A stretch of DNA of 64,000 nucleotides from an uncultured Actinomycetota bacterium (GTDB lineage Bacteria > Actinomycetota > Actinomycetes > Propionibacteriales > Nocardioidaceae). Position 1 is the first letter of the stretch; each line of letters opens with the position of its first letter. The DNA lies in assembly GCA_963767345.1 (NCBI GenBank), contig CAVYDO010000004.1, forward strand, positions 30,939 through 94,938, in the 5' to 3' direction. This document shows positions 17,121-26,576 of this stretch, piece by piece. The position numbers and the translations under genes were made by a program. The notes beneath the pieces are model-generated. The model made no database searches, was not told where the DNA came from, and was given only the letters and a program-made list of their open reading frames with translations.

Positions 17121-18124
17121 CGCCGCGACAGCCCCTCCCTGACCGACGGCGTACGCGTCGAAGGCGTGGGCACCGACCCGAGCACGCTGTCGACGACGCC
17201 GCTCCCCGAGGCCTCCGTCATCCAGAGCTCGGGCTTCACCGTGATCCGGTGGGCGAGCACCGGCCGAGCGACCGCCTTGACGTCCTCGGGGATGACGTAG
17301 TCACGGCCGCGGATGACGGCGAACGCGCGCGCCGCGAGCACCAGCCCGAGGGAGCCCCGGGGCGACGCTCCGGTGAGTACGTCGGCATGGGCGCGGGTCG
17401 CATTGGCCAGCGCCACGCAGTAGCGGCCGACCGACTCGTCGACCGCGACGGTCTCGACGGCGGCCTGGGCGGCGAGCAGGCCGTCCGCGTCCGTCACCGG
17501 CTCGAGCACCTGCTCCTCCCGGCGCCGCGCCAGGCGCGCGGCGACCACACCGTACTCCTGCTCGGCGCTCGGGTAGCCGAAGGAGACCCGCAGCAGGAAG
17601 CGGTCGAGCTGCGCCTCGGGGAGCGGGTAGGTGCCCTCGTACTCGATCGGGTTGGCCGTCGCGAGCACGTGGAAGGGCGACGGCAGCGGGAAGGTCTCGC
17701 CCTCGACGGTGACCTGGTGCTCCTGCATCGCCTCCAGCAGCGCCGCCTGGGTCTTCGGTGGGGTGCGGTTGATCTCGTCGGCCAGCAGCAGGCCCGTGAA
17801 GACCGGACCCTTTCGGAACTCGAACTCCTGGCGGCCCTGGTGGTAGATGAACGACCCAGTGAGGTCGGCGGGCAGCAGGTCCGGGGTGAACTGGGCACGC
17901 GCGAAGTCGAGCCCCAGCGTCTGGGCGAACGACCGGGCGGCCAGGGTCTTCCCGAGGCCGGGGAAGTCCTCGAGGAGCACGTGGCCCTTGCCGAGGATAC
18001 CCGCCAGCACGATGGTCAGGGCGTCGCGCTTGCCGACGACGGCGGCCGACACGCGGTCGAGGACGGTGCCGGCGAGCACACCCGCTTCGGGGACGGTCAT
18101 CGCTGGGACGTCGGCGGCTGTCAC
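17117..18124 (-). CDS. MoxR-family AAA+ ATPase
   Basis: HVLLEDFPGLGKT, QFTPDLLPAD, LADEINR, ATANPIEYEGTYPLPEAQLDRF; start GTG 18124 or ATG 18100. Confidence 0.93.
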   Translation of the reverse strand: MTAADVPAMTVPEAGVLAGTVLDRVSAAVVGKRDALTIVLAGILGKGHVLLEDFPGLGKTLAARSFAQTLGLDFARAQFTPDLLPADLTGSFIYHQGRQEFEFRKGPVFTGLLLADEINRTPPKTQAALLEAMQEHQVTVEGETFPLPSPFHVLATANPIEYEGTYPLPEAQLDRFLLRVSFGYPSAEQEYGVVAARLARRREEQVLEPVTDADGLLAAQAAVETVAVDESVGRYCVALANATRAHADVLTGASPRGSLGLVLAARAFAVIRGRDYVIPEDVKAVARPVLAHRITVKPELWMTEASGSGVVDSVLGSVPTPSTRTPSVREGLSRR

Positions 18125-18600
18125 AGGTCCTCGATTCGATCGAGCAGCCGGTTGAGCTGCGGGACGGTCAGGCGTCGCGCCGGAGAGGCCAGGATCTCGG
18201 TCAGCTCCGGGCCGAGCAGGTGGGCGGCCTCGGGCGAGGGGCGCCGTACGCCGTATCGCTGGCGGAGCCTCCGGTCGGCCAGCGCCGCGAGCCGGTCGCG
18301 GAGCACGCCGTCGGGCGACCCGGCCGTCAGGTGACTCTCGACGATGCGCAGGTAGGCGGCCAGACGCGGATCGCCGCCCACCTCGCGCCCGGTGGACCCG
18401 GCGCCGACCTGCCACTCGCCCGTCCTGTCCTCGAGCGTGTCGAGCACGACCAGAACGCCCGCGAAGCCGACCGCGACGAGCAGTGCGAACGGCACCAGGC
18501 GTGGCCCGAAGTCGAAGTGCCTCAGCAGCAGGTAGGGCACGGCGACGGCGACCGCGAAGATCGCCGTCCGCCGGCCCCACTTCCGCCGCACCGGGCTCAT
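18121..18600 (-). CDS. Hypothetical membrane protein of the MoxR operon
   Basis: 159 aa with 2 N-terminal TM segments; overlaps both neighbours by 4 bp. Confidence 0.7.
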   Translation of the reverse strand: MSPVRRKWGRRTAIFAVAVAVPYLLLRHFDFGPRLVPFALLVAVGFAGVLVVLDTLEDRTGEWQVGAGSTGREVGGDPRLAAYLRIVESHLTAGSPDGVLRDRLAALADRRLRQRYGVRRPSPEAAHLLGPELTEILASPARRLTVPQLNRLLDRIEDL

Positions 18601-19388
18601 CCGCGCCCACCGGTGCCGGCACCGCTCAGGTCGGCGTGGATCCGCTCGAGCGCGGTCCTGGCCGACTCCCGCTCGGCCTCCCCGACCGGATGCTCGCTGA
18701 AGCGGGCCTCCCGGAAGAGGCCCGCCAGTGTGGAGACCGCGTGCGGTTCGGCGCTGACCAGGTCGAGTACCCTCAGCGCGTACTCGGAGGAGGTGTCGGC
18801 CGGAGCCCTGACCACGCCGGCCTGGCTGCCGAGCGTCTCGAAGCGCTCCCAGCAGCGCACGATCGCGTTGCGCGGCTCGCCGTCGGCCAGGATCGCCAGC
18901 ATCGCGTCGCGGTCGGCCACGATGCGCTCCTTGACCCGGGACGGGTCGTCGACGACGTCGAAGTCGACGCTCTCACGCACGATCACCTCGCGCCGCGGCC
19001 GGCTCTCCCATGTCAGCTTGGCCAGGAAGCCGATCACGGCGACGAAGACGGCGATCATGCCGGCCAGCAGCCCGAGGCCGAGGATCCGCACGACGAGGGC
19101 CAGGCCCTCGTTGTCGTCGGTCGGCCCGCCGAGCCGGTCGGTCGGGTCCCCGGTCTGTACGTCGGTCGGGCTGGCCGAGGCCGAGAGCGTCGTCCGCTGC
19201 GGCTCCGGCCCGTCGCCGGTGAGCACCTGGCCCGGCCCCAGCGCGGCCGCCCAGGCCACGAGGAGGGCGACCACGAGCAGGCAGCCGGCGACGGCGACCA
19301 TGGCCGCGGACCGGCGCTGCCCAGCGGCAGGCCCGGCGTCCGGCCCGGCCTGGTGCCCGGCCTGCTCCCCCGCCTGCGCCCGGCCCAC
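18597..19388 (-). CDS. DUF4129 domain membrane protein
   Basis: C-terminal PRNAIVRCWERFE...TSSEY...LAGLFREARFSEH; start uncertain. Confidence 0.78.
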   Translation of the reverse strand: MGRAQAGEQAGHQAGPDAGPAAGQRRSAAMVAVAGCLLVVALLVAWAAALGPGQVLTGDGPEPQRTTLSASASPTDVQTGDPTDRLGGPTDDNEGLALVVRILGLGLLAGMIAVFVAVIGFLAKLTWESRPRREVIVRESVDFDVVDDPSRVKERIVADRDAMLAILADGEPRNAIVRCWERFETLGSQAGVVRAPADTSSEYALRVLDLVSAEPHAVSTLAGLFREARFSEHPVGEAERESARTALERIHADLSGAGTGGRG

Positions 19389-19537
19389 GGCATGGGAACG
19401 TACCCGGCCCGGGTCACGATGGGGTCACGACACCGACTCGGCCTGCCCTGAGGAGCCGCGAGGGACGAGCGGCGACTCGTTGGGTCTGCGACCTCCCATG
19501 TAGTTCCCCGCGGGGGGCCGGGACGAATCGGTGTTGC

Positions 19538-20746
19538 TCAGTACGCCGGCTGGGACGGGTCGATCTGGTTGACCCACGCGACGACGCCACCGCCGACGTG
19601 CACCGCGTCGTCGTAGCCGGCGCCCTTGACGACCGCGAGCGTCTCCGCGGAGCGGACACCGGTCTTGCAGTGCATCACGACCTGCGTGCCCGAGTCGACG
19701 GTCGGCAGCTTGGCCAGGGCCGAGCCGTCGAGGAACTCGCCCTTGGGGATCAGCACCGACCCGGGGATCTGGTTGATCTCGTACTCGTTGGGCTCGCGGA
19801 CGTCGACGAGCACGAAGTCACGAGTGCCTTCGGAGCGCTCCTTGAGCATGTGCTCGAGCTGGGCCACGGAGATCGTGGCCCCGGCGGCCGCGTCCAGGGC
19901 CTCGTCGGACACCGCGCCGCAGAAGGTCTCGTAGTCGATGAGGGAGGTGACGGTGGGGTTGTCGCCGCAGAGCGCGCAGTCGGGATCCTTGCGGACCCTG
20001 AGCTTGCGCCAGCTGAGCTCGAGCGCGTCGTAGATCACGAGCTGCCCGATGGCCGGGTCGCCGATGCCGGTGAGCAGCTTGATCGCCTCGTTGACCTGGA
20101 TCGAGCCGATGGACGCGCAGAGCACGCCCAGCACGCCGCCCTCGGCGCAGGAGGGGACCATGCCCGGCGGGGGCGGCTCCGGGTAGAGGCAGCGGTAGCA
20201 GGGCGCCTGCTCGTCGAGCGACGGCGCGAAGACCGAGGCCTGGCCGTCGAAGCGGTAGATCGAGCCCCACACGTAGGGGATGCCGAGGAAGTACGCCGCG
20301 TCGTTGACCATGTAGCGGGTCGCGAAGTTGTCGGTGCCGTCGATGATCAGGTCATAGCCACGGAAGACATCGAGGACGTTGTCGTTGTCGAGCCGCTGCT
20401 CGTGGAGCACGACCTCGACGTACGGGTTCGTCTCGTTGATCGACTCCTTGGCCGAGAGCGCCTTCGACTTGCCGATGTCGGACTGGCCGTGGATGACCTG
20501 GCGCTGGAGGTTGGACTCGTCGACCTCGTCGAACTCGGCGACGCCGATCGTGCCGACACCCGCGGCAGCCAGGTAGAGGAGCGCCGGGCTCCCGAGGCCA
20601 CCCGCGCCGATCACCAGGACCTTGGCGTTCTTCATGCGCTTCTGCCCGGTCATGCCGACGTCGGGGATGATCAGGTGCCGGCTGTAGCGGCGTACCTCGT
20701 CGATGGTCAGCGCGTCGGCGGGCTCGACCAGGGGGGCGTAGGACAC
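19538..20746 (-). CDS. moeZ: MoeZ/MoeB adenylyltransferase-sulfurtransferase (ThiF plus rhodanese)
   Basis: RRYSRHLII, IGAGGLGS, SNLQRQ, CYRC, CAEGGVLG, rhodanese HCKTGVRS; GTG at 20746. Confidence 0.93.
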   Translation of the reverse strand: MSYAPLVEPADALTIDEVRRYSRHLIIPDVGMTGQKRMKNAKVLVIGAGGLGSPALLYLAAAGVGTIGVAEFDEVDESNLQRQVIHGQSDIGKSKALSAKESINETNPYVEVVLHEQRLDNDNVLDVFRGYDLIIDGTDNFATRYMVNDAAYFLGIPYVWGSIYRFDGQASVFAPSLDEQAPCYRCLYPEPPPPGMVPSCAEGGVLGVLCASIGSIQVNEAIKLLTGIGDPAIGQLVIYDALELSWRKLRVRKDPDCALCGDNPTVTSLIDYETFCGAVSDEALDAAAGATISVAQLEHMLKERSEGTRDFVLVDVREPNEYEINQIPGSVLIPKGEFLDGSALAKLPTVDSGTQVVMHCKTGVRSAETLAVVKGAGYDDAVHVGGGVVAWVNQIDPSQPAY

Positions 20747-20788
20747 TGTTTGCTCTCTCCAGACTCGTGGGCGGGCGACCTGCGTATC

Positions 20789-20815
20789 CAACGCGACCGT
20801 CCGCCTCCATGTTCC
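20789..20815 (-). promoter_or_regulatory. SigR/SigH-type promoter of moeZ
   Basis: GGAAC-N18-GTTG on the minus strand, about 40 nt upstream of the moeZ start; matches the actinobacterial thiol-stress sigma consensus. Confidence 0.7.
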
Positions 20816-21008
20816 CCGCACCGGTGGGGCCGACACCCGCGGGTCCCGCCATCCGGACCCTGGCGGCCGCACACCCGGAAACGGGACGGGCAACCGGAGA
20901 CTGGGCGGGCGGCCGAACCCTGGGCAACGAACCCTGGGCAACCGGCGAGTAGGCTCGCCGATCGCGGGGCTCGAAGCCGGACGTGGGGAACAAGGGAAGG
21001 CAGGACCG

Positions 21009-21659
21009 ATGGCCGAAGTGTCGATGAACGGCCCGGATCTGGGTACGCCGCCGGGCAGGCGCGGCGCGCGGATGCCGCGGCCGCAGCGACGCGCTCAGCT
21101 TCTCGACTCCGCCCGCGAGGTGTTCGTCGCGCAGGGCTACCACGCCGCGGCGATGGACGACATCGCGGAGGCCGCTGGGGTCTCCAAGCCCGTCCTCTAC
21201 CAGCACTTCCCCGGCAAGCTCGAGCTCTACCTCGCCCTCCTCGCCGAGTCGTGCGACTTGGTGATCACCGGAGTGCGCGACGCGCTCGAGGAGACCGACG
21301 ACAACAGGCGCCGGGTCGAGGCGACGATGGCCGCCTTCTTCACCTACGTGGCCGGCGAGTCGGGGACATTCCGGCTGGTCTTCGAGTCCGACCTCACCAA
21401 CGACGAGCGGGTGAGGGCCCAGGTCGACCGGGTGACCGACGAGTGTGCCTCGATGATCGCCGAGGTCATCCACGACGACACCGGGCTGCCGGACGAGGCG
21501 TCCCGCCTGCTCGCGGTCTCCCTGGTGGGAATGGCCCACGTGAGCGCGCGGTTCTGGCTCTCGGAGGGCCGGCGGATGGACCGCGAGCACGCATCGGCTC
21601 TGGTGGCCGGCCTGGCGTGGCGCGGCATCCGCGGCTATCCGCTGCACGACGAGCACTGA
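21009..21659 (+). CDS. TetR-family regulator
   Basis: GYHAAAMDDIAEAAGVSKPVLYQHFPGK. Confidence 0.92.
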   Translation: MAEVSMNGPDLGTPPGRRGARMPRPQRRAQLLDSAREVFVAQGYHAAAMDDIAEAAGVSKPVLYQHFPGKLELYLALLAESCDLVITGVRDALEETDDNRRRVEATMAAFFTYVAGESGTFRLVFESDLTNDERVRAQVDRVTDECASMIAEVIHDDTGLPDEASRLLAVSLVGMAHVSARFWLSEGRRMDREHASALVAGLAWRGIRGYPLHDEH

Positions 21660-21711
21660 GCCACCGCTGCACGACCAGCCCTGAGACGTAACACGAGCGA
21701 GAGAGGACCCC

Positions 21712-21933
21712 ATGGAGGTCAAGATCGGCATCCAGCACGCACCGCGCGAGCTGACGTTCGAGTCGGAGGAGACGGTCGAGGCGGTCGAGCGGCAGGTCGC
21801 CGAGGCGGTCGGCTCGAGCGGCACGCTGAGCCTCACCGACATCAAGGGCCGGCGCATCCTGGTCCCGGGGGACCGGATCGCCTACGTCGAGATCGGGACC
21901 GGCGTCCTCGGCACGGTCGGTTTCCGCAGCTGA
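21712..21933 (+). CDS. DUF3107 protein
   Basis: MEVKIGIQHAPRELTFES...IAYVEIG. Confidence 0.9.
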   Translation: MEVKIGIQHAPRELTFESEETVEAVERQVAEAVGSSGTLSLTDIKGRRILVPGDRIAYVEIGTGVLGTVGFRS

Positions 21934-22048
21934 CGCGGGCGCCCGGGCTCCCCGGATTGCCGGTCCCGGCGAGGCATGATGGCCTCGCAGGCGCCGTACG
22001 GGCGGCGCCGTACGTCGGAGACGGCGTAGGACGAAGGGTGGCAACGCC

Positions 22049-22321
22049 ATGTTCTGGACGGTCATCTTCTACATCGTGGTCGGCCTCGTCGTCGGCCTGG
22101 TCGGCAAGTTCCTCGCCCCTGGCGACAAGGACAACATCCCGCTGTGGCTCACGATCATCTGTGGCATCGGCGGCATGGTGATCGGCGGCGAGCTCATCTA
22201 CCGAGCCTTCGGCGGCGACGGCAGCAGGGGCCTCGACGTGACCCAGGGCGTCGTCACGGTGCTCACGGCGATGGTGCTCGTGATCATCGCGGCCGGCGTC
22301 ACCGGACGCAGGCAGGCCTGA
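22049..22321 (+). CDS. GlsB/YeaQ/YmgE-family small membrane protein
   Basis: 90 aa, hydrophobic, GLVVGLVGKFLAPG...TIICGIGG. Confidence 0.8.
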   Translation: MFWTVIFYIVVGLVVGLVGKFLAPGDKDNIPLWLTIICGIGGMVIGGELIYRAFGGDGSRGLDVTQGVVTVLTAMVLVIIAAGVTGRRQA

Positions 22322-22330
22322 CCGCTTGCC

Positions 22331-23044
22331 TCAGGCGTCGAGGCCGAGCGCGGCCATCCGCTCGGCGTGCCGCTCCGTGAGCCGGGTGAACATCCGGCCG
22401 ATCGCGGCCAGGTCGAGTCCGGGCCGGTCCACACCGCCGGCCAGGAGGGCCGTGAGCTCGTCACGGTCGGCGGCGACCCGCTGTGCCTGCGTCAGCGCCT
22501 CGCCCATCAGCCGCCGGCCCCACAGCGCGAGGCGGCCGCTGACCCTCGGGTCGGCCGCGATCGCGGCACCGACCTTGTCGACGACGAAGTCGGCGTGGCC
22601 AGCGTCCTGGAGCGACGCGACGATCAGGTCGCGCGTGTCGTGGTCGAGGTACGCCGCGATCTCCCGGTAGAAGTCCGCGGCGAGGCCGTCGCCGACGTAC
22701 GCCTTGACCAGGCCCTCCAGCCAGTCGCGCGGCGCGGTGTGCTCGTGGAAGCCGTCGAGCGCCGCGCGGAACGGCGTCATCGCCACGAACGGGTCGGCGC
22801 CCAGCTCCGCGATGCGATCGCGCAGGCGGCCGAAGTGCGCCAGCTCCACGGCCGCCATCTCGACCATCGCGACCTTGTCGGCGAGGGTGGGGGCGAGCTT
22901 CGCGTCGTCGGAGAGGCGCTCGAACGCCGACAGCTCGCCGTACCCGATGGCACCGAGCAGATCGACGACCGCGGCCCGGTACGCCGGATCGCTGAACGGG
23001 CCGGGCTCCGGGGATGCCGTCATGGCGTCAGGGTAGCGATACAA
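22331..23044 (-). CDS. Ferritin-like fold protein (MiaE-like)
   Basis: VVDLLGAIGYGELSAFERL, EGLVKAYVGDG; usual neighbour of the actinobacterial DEAD-box gene. Confidence 0.82.
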   Translation of the reverse strand: MYRYPDAMTASPEPGPFSDPAYRAAVVDLLGAIGYGELSAFERLSDDAKLAPTLADKVAMVEMAAVELAHFGRLRDRIAELGADPFVAMTPFRAALDGFHEHTAPRDWLEGLVKAYVGDGLAADFYREIAAYLDHDTRDLIVASLQDAGHADFVVDKVGAAIAADPRVSGRLALWGRRLMGEALTQAQRVAADRDELTALLAGGVDRPGLDLAAIGRMFTRLTERHAERMAALGLDA

Positions 23045-23238
23045 TGACCCCGACCCCGTCGGCTCACCCGAGCTCCACCCGAGCCGGCAGCCCGGGTCGC
23101 GAGCCGCCCGACCACCTCTCGGAGGAGGGGCCGGTCTTTCCAGCAGTCGGCTCGCTGTATGCGCGCGGCGCAGCCATCGGATCTCATCGCCTGTAGGTCT
23201 CGCCGCACGGTCGAACCGATCAGAAAGCGAAGAGAGCC

Positions 23239-24792
23239 ATCACCACCTTCCGAGACCTCGGGGTGCTCCCCGAGATCTGCGACGCGCTCGAGCGCGCAGG
23301 TATCACGACCCCGTTCGCCATCCAGGAGATGACCCTGTCGGTCGCCCTCCTTGGCACCGACCTCATCGGCCAGGCCCGCACCGGCACCGGCAAGACGCTG
23401 GCCTTCGGCATCCCGGTGCTGCAGCGCAGTGTCGCCCCCAAGGACCCCGACTACGCCGAGCTCCCGCAGGGCAAGCCGCAGGCGCTCGTCGTCGCACCGA
23501 CCCGTGAGCTCGCGCTCCAGGTCTCCGGCGATCTCGCGCTCGCCGCCGCCGACCGCGGCCTGCGCGTGCTCACCGTCTACGGCGGCGTCGGCTACGACTC
23601 GCAGCTCGATCCCCTCATCGAGGGCGTCGACGTCGTGGTCGGTACGCCGGGCCGGCTCATCGACCTGATGAACCGGCGGGCCCTCGACGTCTCCCACGTG
23701 CACGCGCTCGTGCTCGACGAGGCCGACGAGATGCTCGACCTGGGCTTCCTCCCCGACGTGGAGCGGATCCTCAAGGAGACCCCGGAGACCCGGCAGACCA
23801 TGCTGTTCTCCGCCACCATGCCGGCCGCGATCGTGGCGCTCGCCCGCACCCACATGCGGCACCCGATGAACATCCGCGCGGAGTCGTCGTACGAGAACGC
23901 GACCGTGCCGGCCACCGCGCAGCACATCTTCCAGGTGCACGACCTCGACAAGCCCGAGATCGTCGGGCGCATCCTGCAGGCCGACGACGCCGAGAAGATC
24001 ATCGTCTTCACCCGCACCAAGCGGCAGGCCCAGCGGGTCGCCGAGGACCTGCAGGAGCGTGGCTTCAAGGCCTCGCCCCTGCACGGCGACATGGCGCAGA
24101 TCGCCCGCGAGAAGGCCATGACGAGGTTTCGCGACGACAAGATCCAGGCGCTGGTCTGCACCGACGTCGCCGCGCGCGGCATCGACGTCCGCGGCGTCTC
24201 CCACGTGATCAACTACAGCTGCCCGGAGGACGACAAGACCTACGTCCACCGCATCGGCCGCACCGGCCGCGCGGGCGCCACCGGCACCGCGGTCACCTTC
24301 GTCGACTGGGCCGACCTGCACCGGTGGAAGATGATCAACAAGACCCTCGACCTGCCCTTCGACGAGGTGCAGGAGACCTACTCGACCTCCGAGCACCTCT
24401 TCCACGACCTCGGCATCCCGCCGGGCACGAAGGGGCGCATCGTCGACCCCAAGCCACGGGAGGAGCAGGCTCGCGAGCCCCGATCCCGTGACGGCCGCTC
24501 CCGAGACGGCCGCTCTCCTGACGGCCGCTCCCGTGACCGTCAGGGCGGCGAGCAGCGCGCCTCCCGCGACCGCAGCCGGCGCCGTACCCGCAGCGGGCGG
24601 CCCGTCGCCGGCGGCGCGGATGCGGGCAGCGCTCCCGAGACCAGGACTTCCGAGACCAGGGCTCCCGACAGCCAGGCAGCCGGGACCAGGGCCGTCGAGC
24701 AGCCGGCCGGCGCACGGGACGGCGAGCGCAAGCCCCGTCGCCGGCGTCGCGGCCGCTCGGGCGGCTCCGCCAAGCAGACCACCACCGACTGA
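23239..24792 (+). CDS. DEAD-box RNA helicase (start probably ATC at 23239; first canonical start GTG at 23263)
   Basis: Q-motif PFAIQ, ARTGTGKT, DEAD, SAT, HRIGRTGRAG; Arg-rich tail. Confidence 0.93.
   Translation: MTTFRDLGVLPEICDALERAGITTPFAIQEMTLSVALLGTDLIGQARTGTGKTLAFGIPVLQRSVAPKDPDYAELPQGKPQALVVAPTRELALQVSGDLALAAADRGLRVLTVYGGVGYDSQLDPLIEGVDVVVGTPGRLIDLMNRRALDVSHVHALVLDEADEMLDLGFLPDVERILKETPETRQTMLFSATMPAAIVALARTHMRHPMNIRAESSYENATVPATAQHIFQVHDLDKPEIVGRILQADDAEKIIVFTRTKRQAQRVAEDLQERGFKASPLHGDMAQIAREKAMTRFRDDKIQALVCTDVAARGIDVRGVSHVINYSCPEDDKTYVHRIGRTGRAGATGTAVTFVDWADLHRWKMINKTLDLPFDEVQETYSTSEHLFHDLGIPPGTKGRIVDPKPREEQAREPRSRDGRSRDGRSPDGRSRDRQGGEQRASRDRSRRRTRSGRPVAGGADAGSAPETRTSETRAPDSQAAGTRAVEQPAGARDGERKPRRRRRGRSGGSAKQTTTD
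24490..24534 (+). repeat. 15-bp coding repeat x3 (DGRSR/DGRSP)
   Basis: GACGGCCGCTC-N4 three times in the helicase tail. Confidence 0.8.
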
Positions 24793-24851
24793 CGAAGCCG
24801 CAACGTCATACCTTCTCCCAGCTATTTGCCAGGAGTTGGTATGACGTCCGC

Positions 24852-25652
24852 CTACGATGTGCGGGGCCTCCTGGAGCGGGTCACGAGGGCATCGGCCACG
24901 TCGCGGTAGGCGGCGGCGCCCTTGCTGCTGCGGCTGGTCCGCAGGATCGACCGACCGGCCGCGGGTGCCTCGGCGAACTTGATCGTCTTCGGGATCGGGG
25001 GCTCGAGCACCTCGAGGTCATAGGTGTCGGAGATGGTCTCCATCACGGCACGCGCGTGGTTGGTGCGGCCGTCGTAGAGCGTCGGCAGGACGCCCCACAC
25101 CTCCAGGCCACGATTGGTGAAGCGGCGTACGTCGTGGACGGTGTCGAGGAGCTGCCCCACCCCGCGGTGGGAGAGCGTCTCGCACTGCAACGGGATCAGG
25201 ACGCCGTCGGCAGCCGTCAGCGCGGCGACGGTGAGCACCCCCAGGGACGGCGGGCAGTCGAGCAGCACCCAGTCGTAGCCCTCCAGATCCTCGAGCAGCG
25301 TCTTGAGCGCGTGCTCCCGGCCGGTGCGGGTCAGCAGGTCGGCCTCGGCTCGCGCGAGCTCGATCGTCGCCGGCAGCAGGTCGACGCCGTCCTCGGTCTC
25401 GACGACCGCGTCGGCGACGTCCTCACCCTGGGTGAGCGCGTTGTAGATGGATGTCTCGAGGTCCTCGGGGTCGATCCCCAGCGAGAAGGTCAGGCACGCC
25501 TGCGGGTCGAGGTCGACCAGGAGCACCCGGTGGCCGAGGTCGGCCAGCGCCGCCCCGATCGACGCGACGGTGGTCGTCTTGGCCACGCCGCCCTTCTGGT
25601 TGGCGACGGCCAGGACGGTGCCCGACCTACGACTCTGCTGCGCGCTCATCAC
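24852..25652 (-). CDS. ParA/Soj-family ATPase (orphan)
   Basis: NQKGGVAKTTT, DLDPQA, DCPPSLG, FAEAP; no parB nearby. Confidence 0.92.
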   Translation of the reverse strand: MMSAQQSRRSGTVLAVANQKGGVAKTTTVASIGAALADLGHRVLLVDLDPQACLTFSLGIDPEDLETSIYNALTQGEDVADAVVETEDGVDLLPATIELARAEADLLTRTGREHALKTLLEDLEGYDWVLLDCPPSLGVLTVAALTAADGVLIPLQCETLSHRGVGQLLDTVHDVRRFTNRGLEVWGVLPTLYDGRTNHARAVMETISDTYDLEVLEPPIPKTIKFAEAPAAGRSILRTSRSSKGAAAYRDVADALVTRSRRPRTS

Positions 25653-25709
25653 CGATCATCATGCCGGACCATGCACACCACGCGAGGAACCACCTGGTTG
25701 GCTGAGCGC

Positions 25710-26510
25710 ATGTCCCCAGGTGCTAAGGCCCCGATGACCCTCGGCTCGACCGCGCTCGTCACCGGCGCCAGTGCCGGCCTCGGCCACGAGTTCGCCCGGC
25801 AGCTCGCCGGGCGCGGGCACGATCTGGTGCTCGTCGCGCGCTCCACCGAGCGCCTCGAGGAGGTCGCCGACCAGCTGCGCACGACGTACGGCGTGTCCGT
25901 CGAGGTGCTCACCGCCGATCTGTCCGAACGAGCGGGCATGGCGCTCGTCGAGGAGCGGCTGGCAGACCCCGCCCGACCGGTCGACCTGCTGGTCAACAAC
26001 GCCGGCTACGGGCTCAAGCGGCGCTTCCTCGACAACACGATCGATGCCGAGACCGCGAACCTCGACGTGCTCGTCACGGCCGTGCTGAGGCTCTCCCACG
26101 CGGCGCTCGGCCCGATGGTCGAGCGTGGCCCCGACCCGAGCGGACGACGCGGGGTCATCAACGTCTCCAGCGTCGCCGGCTTCCTGCCGGGCGGCACCTA
26201 CTCGGCCGCGAAGGCCTATGTGAACTCCTTCGGACGCTGGGCACACAACGAGTACGCCGGCCGCGGGATCACGGTCACGACACTCTGCCCGGGCTTCACC
26301 AAGACCGAGTTCCACGAGCGGATGGAGGTGCGCCGGGGCAGCGGTCCGTTGTGGCTCGACGCCGAGCGGGTCGTCGCCGACGCGCTCGCCGACTTCGACC
26401 GCGGCCGCTCGTTCTCCATCCCCAGCAACCGCTACAAGGCGATCGTCGCCGTGGCGCGCGCCGTCCCCGCTGGAGTCATCCAGCGGCTCGGGTCCTTCCG
26501 CCGCCACTGA
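25710..26510 (+). CDS. Short-chain dehydrogenase/reductase
   Basis: TGASAGLG, NNAG, YSAAK; start ATG 25710 or 25734. Confidence 0.9.
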   Translation: MSPGAKAPMTLGSTALVTGASAGLGHEFARQLAGRGHDLVLVARSTERLEEVADQLRTTYGVSVEVLTADLSERAGMALVEERLADPARPVDLLVNNAGYGLKRRFLDNTIDAETANLDVLVTAVLRLSHAALGPMVERGPDPSGRRGVINVSSVAGFLPGGTYSAAKAYVNSFGRWAHNEYAGRGITVTTLCPGFTKTEFHERMEVRRGSGPLWLDAERVVADALADFDRGRSFSIPSNRYKAIVAVARAVPAGVIQRLGSFRRH

Positions 26511-26523
26511 CAGCTCCCTCGCT

Positions 26524-26564
26524 GGTCGAGCCGGTCGCGAGGGACGAGCGACCGTGTCGAGGCC
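26524..26564. repeat. REP-like element
   Basis: GGTCGAGCCGGTCGCGAGGGACGAGCGACCGTGTCGAGGCC between convergent genes. Confidence 0.7.
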
Positions 26565-26576
26565 ACGACCACGGTG

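Noticed and set aside
15286-19388. MoxR-DUF58-DUF4129 operon as a novel system
   Set aside because: A common, widely distributed actinobacterial arrangement with nothing unusual seen here.
24852-25652. Plasmid or chromosome partition locus
   Set aside because: Orphan ParA among core genes, with no parB or parS-like palindrome seen.
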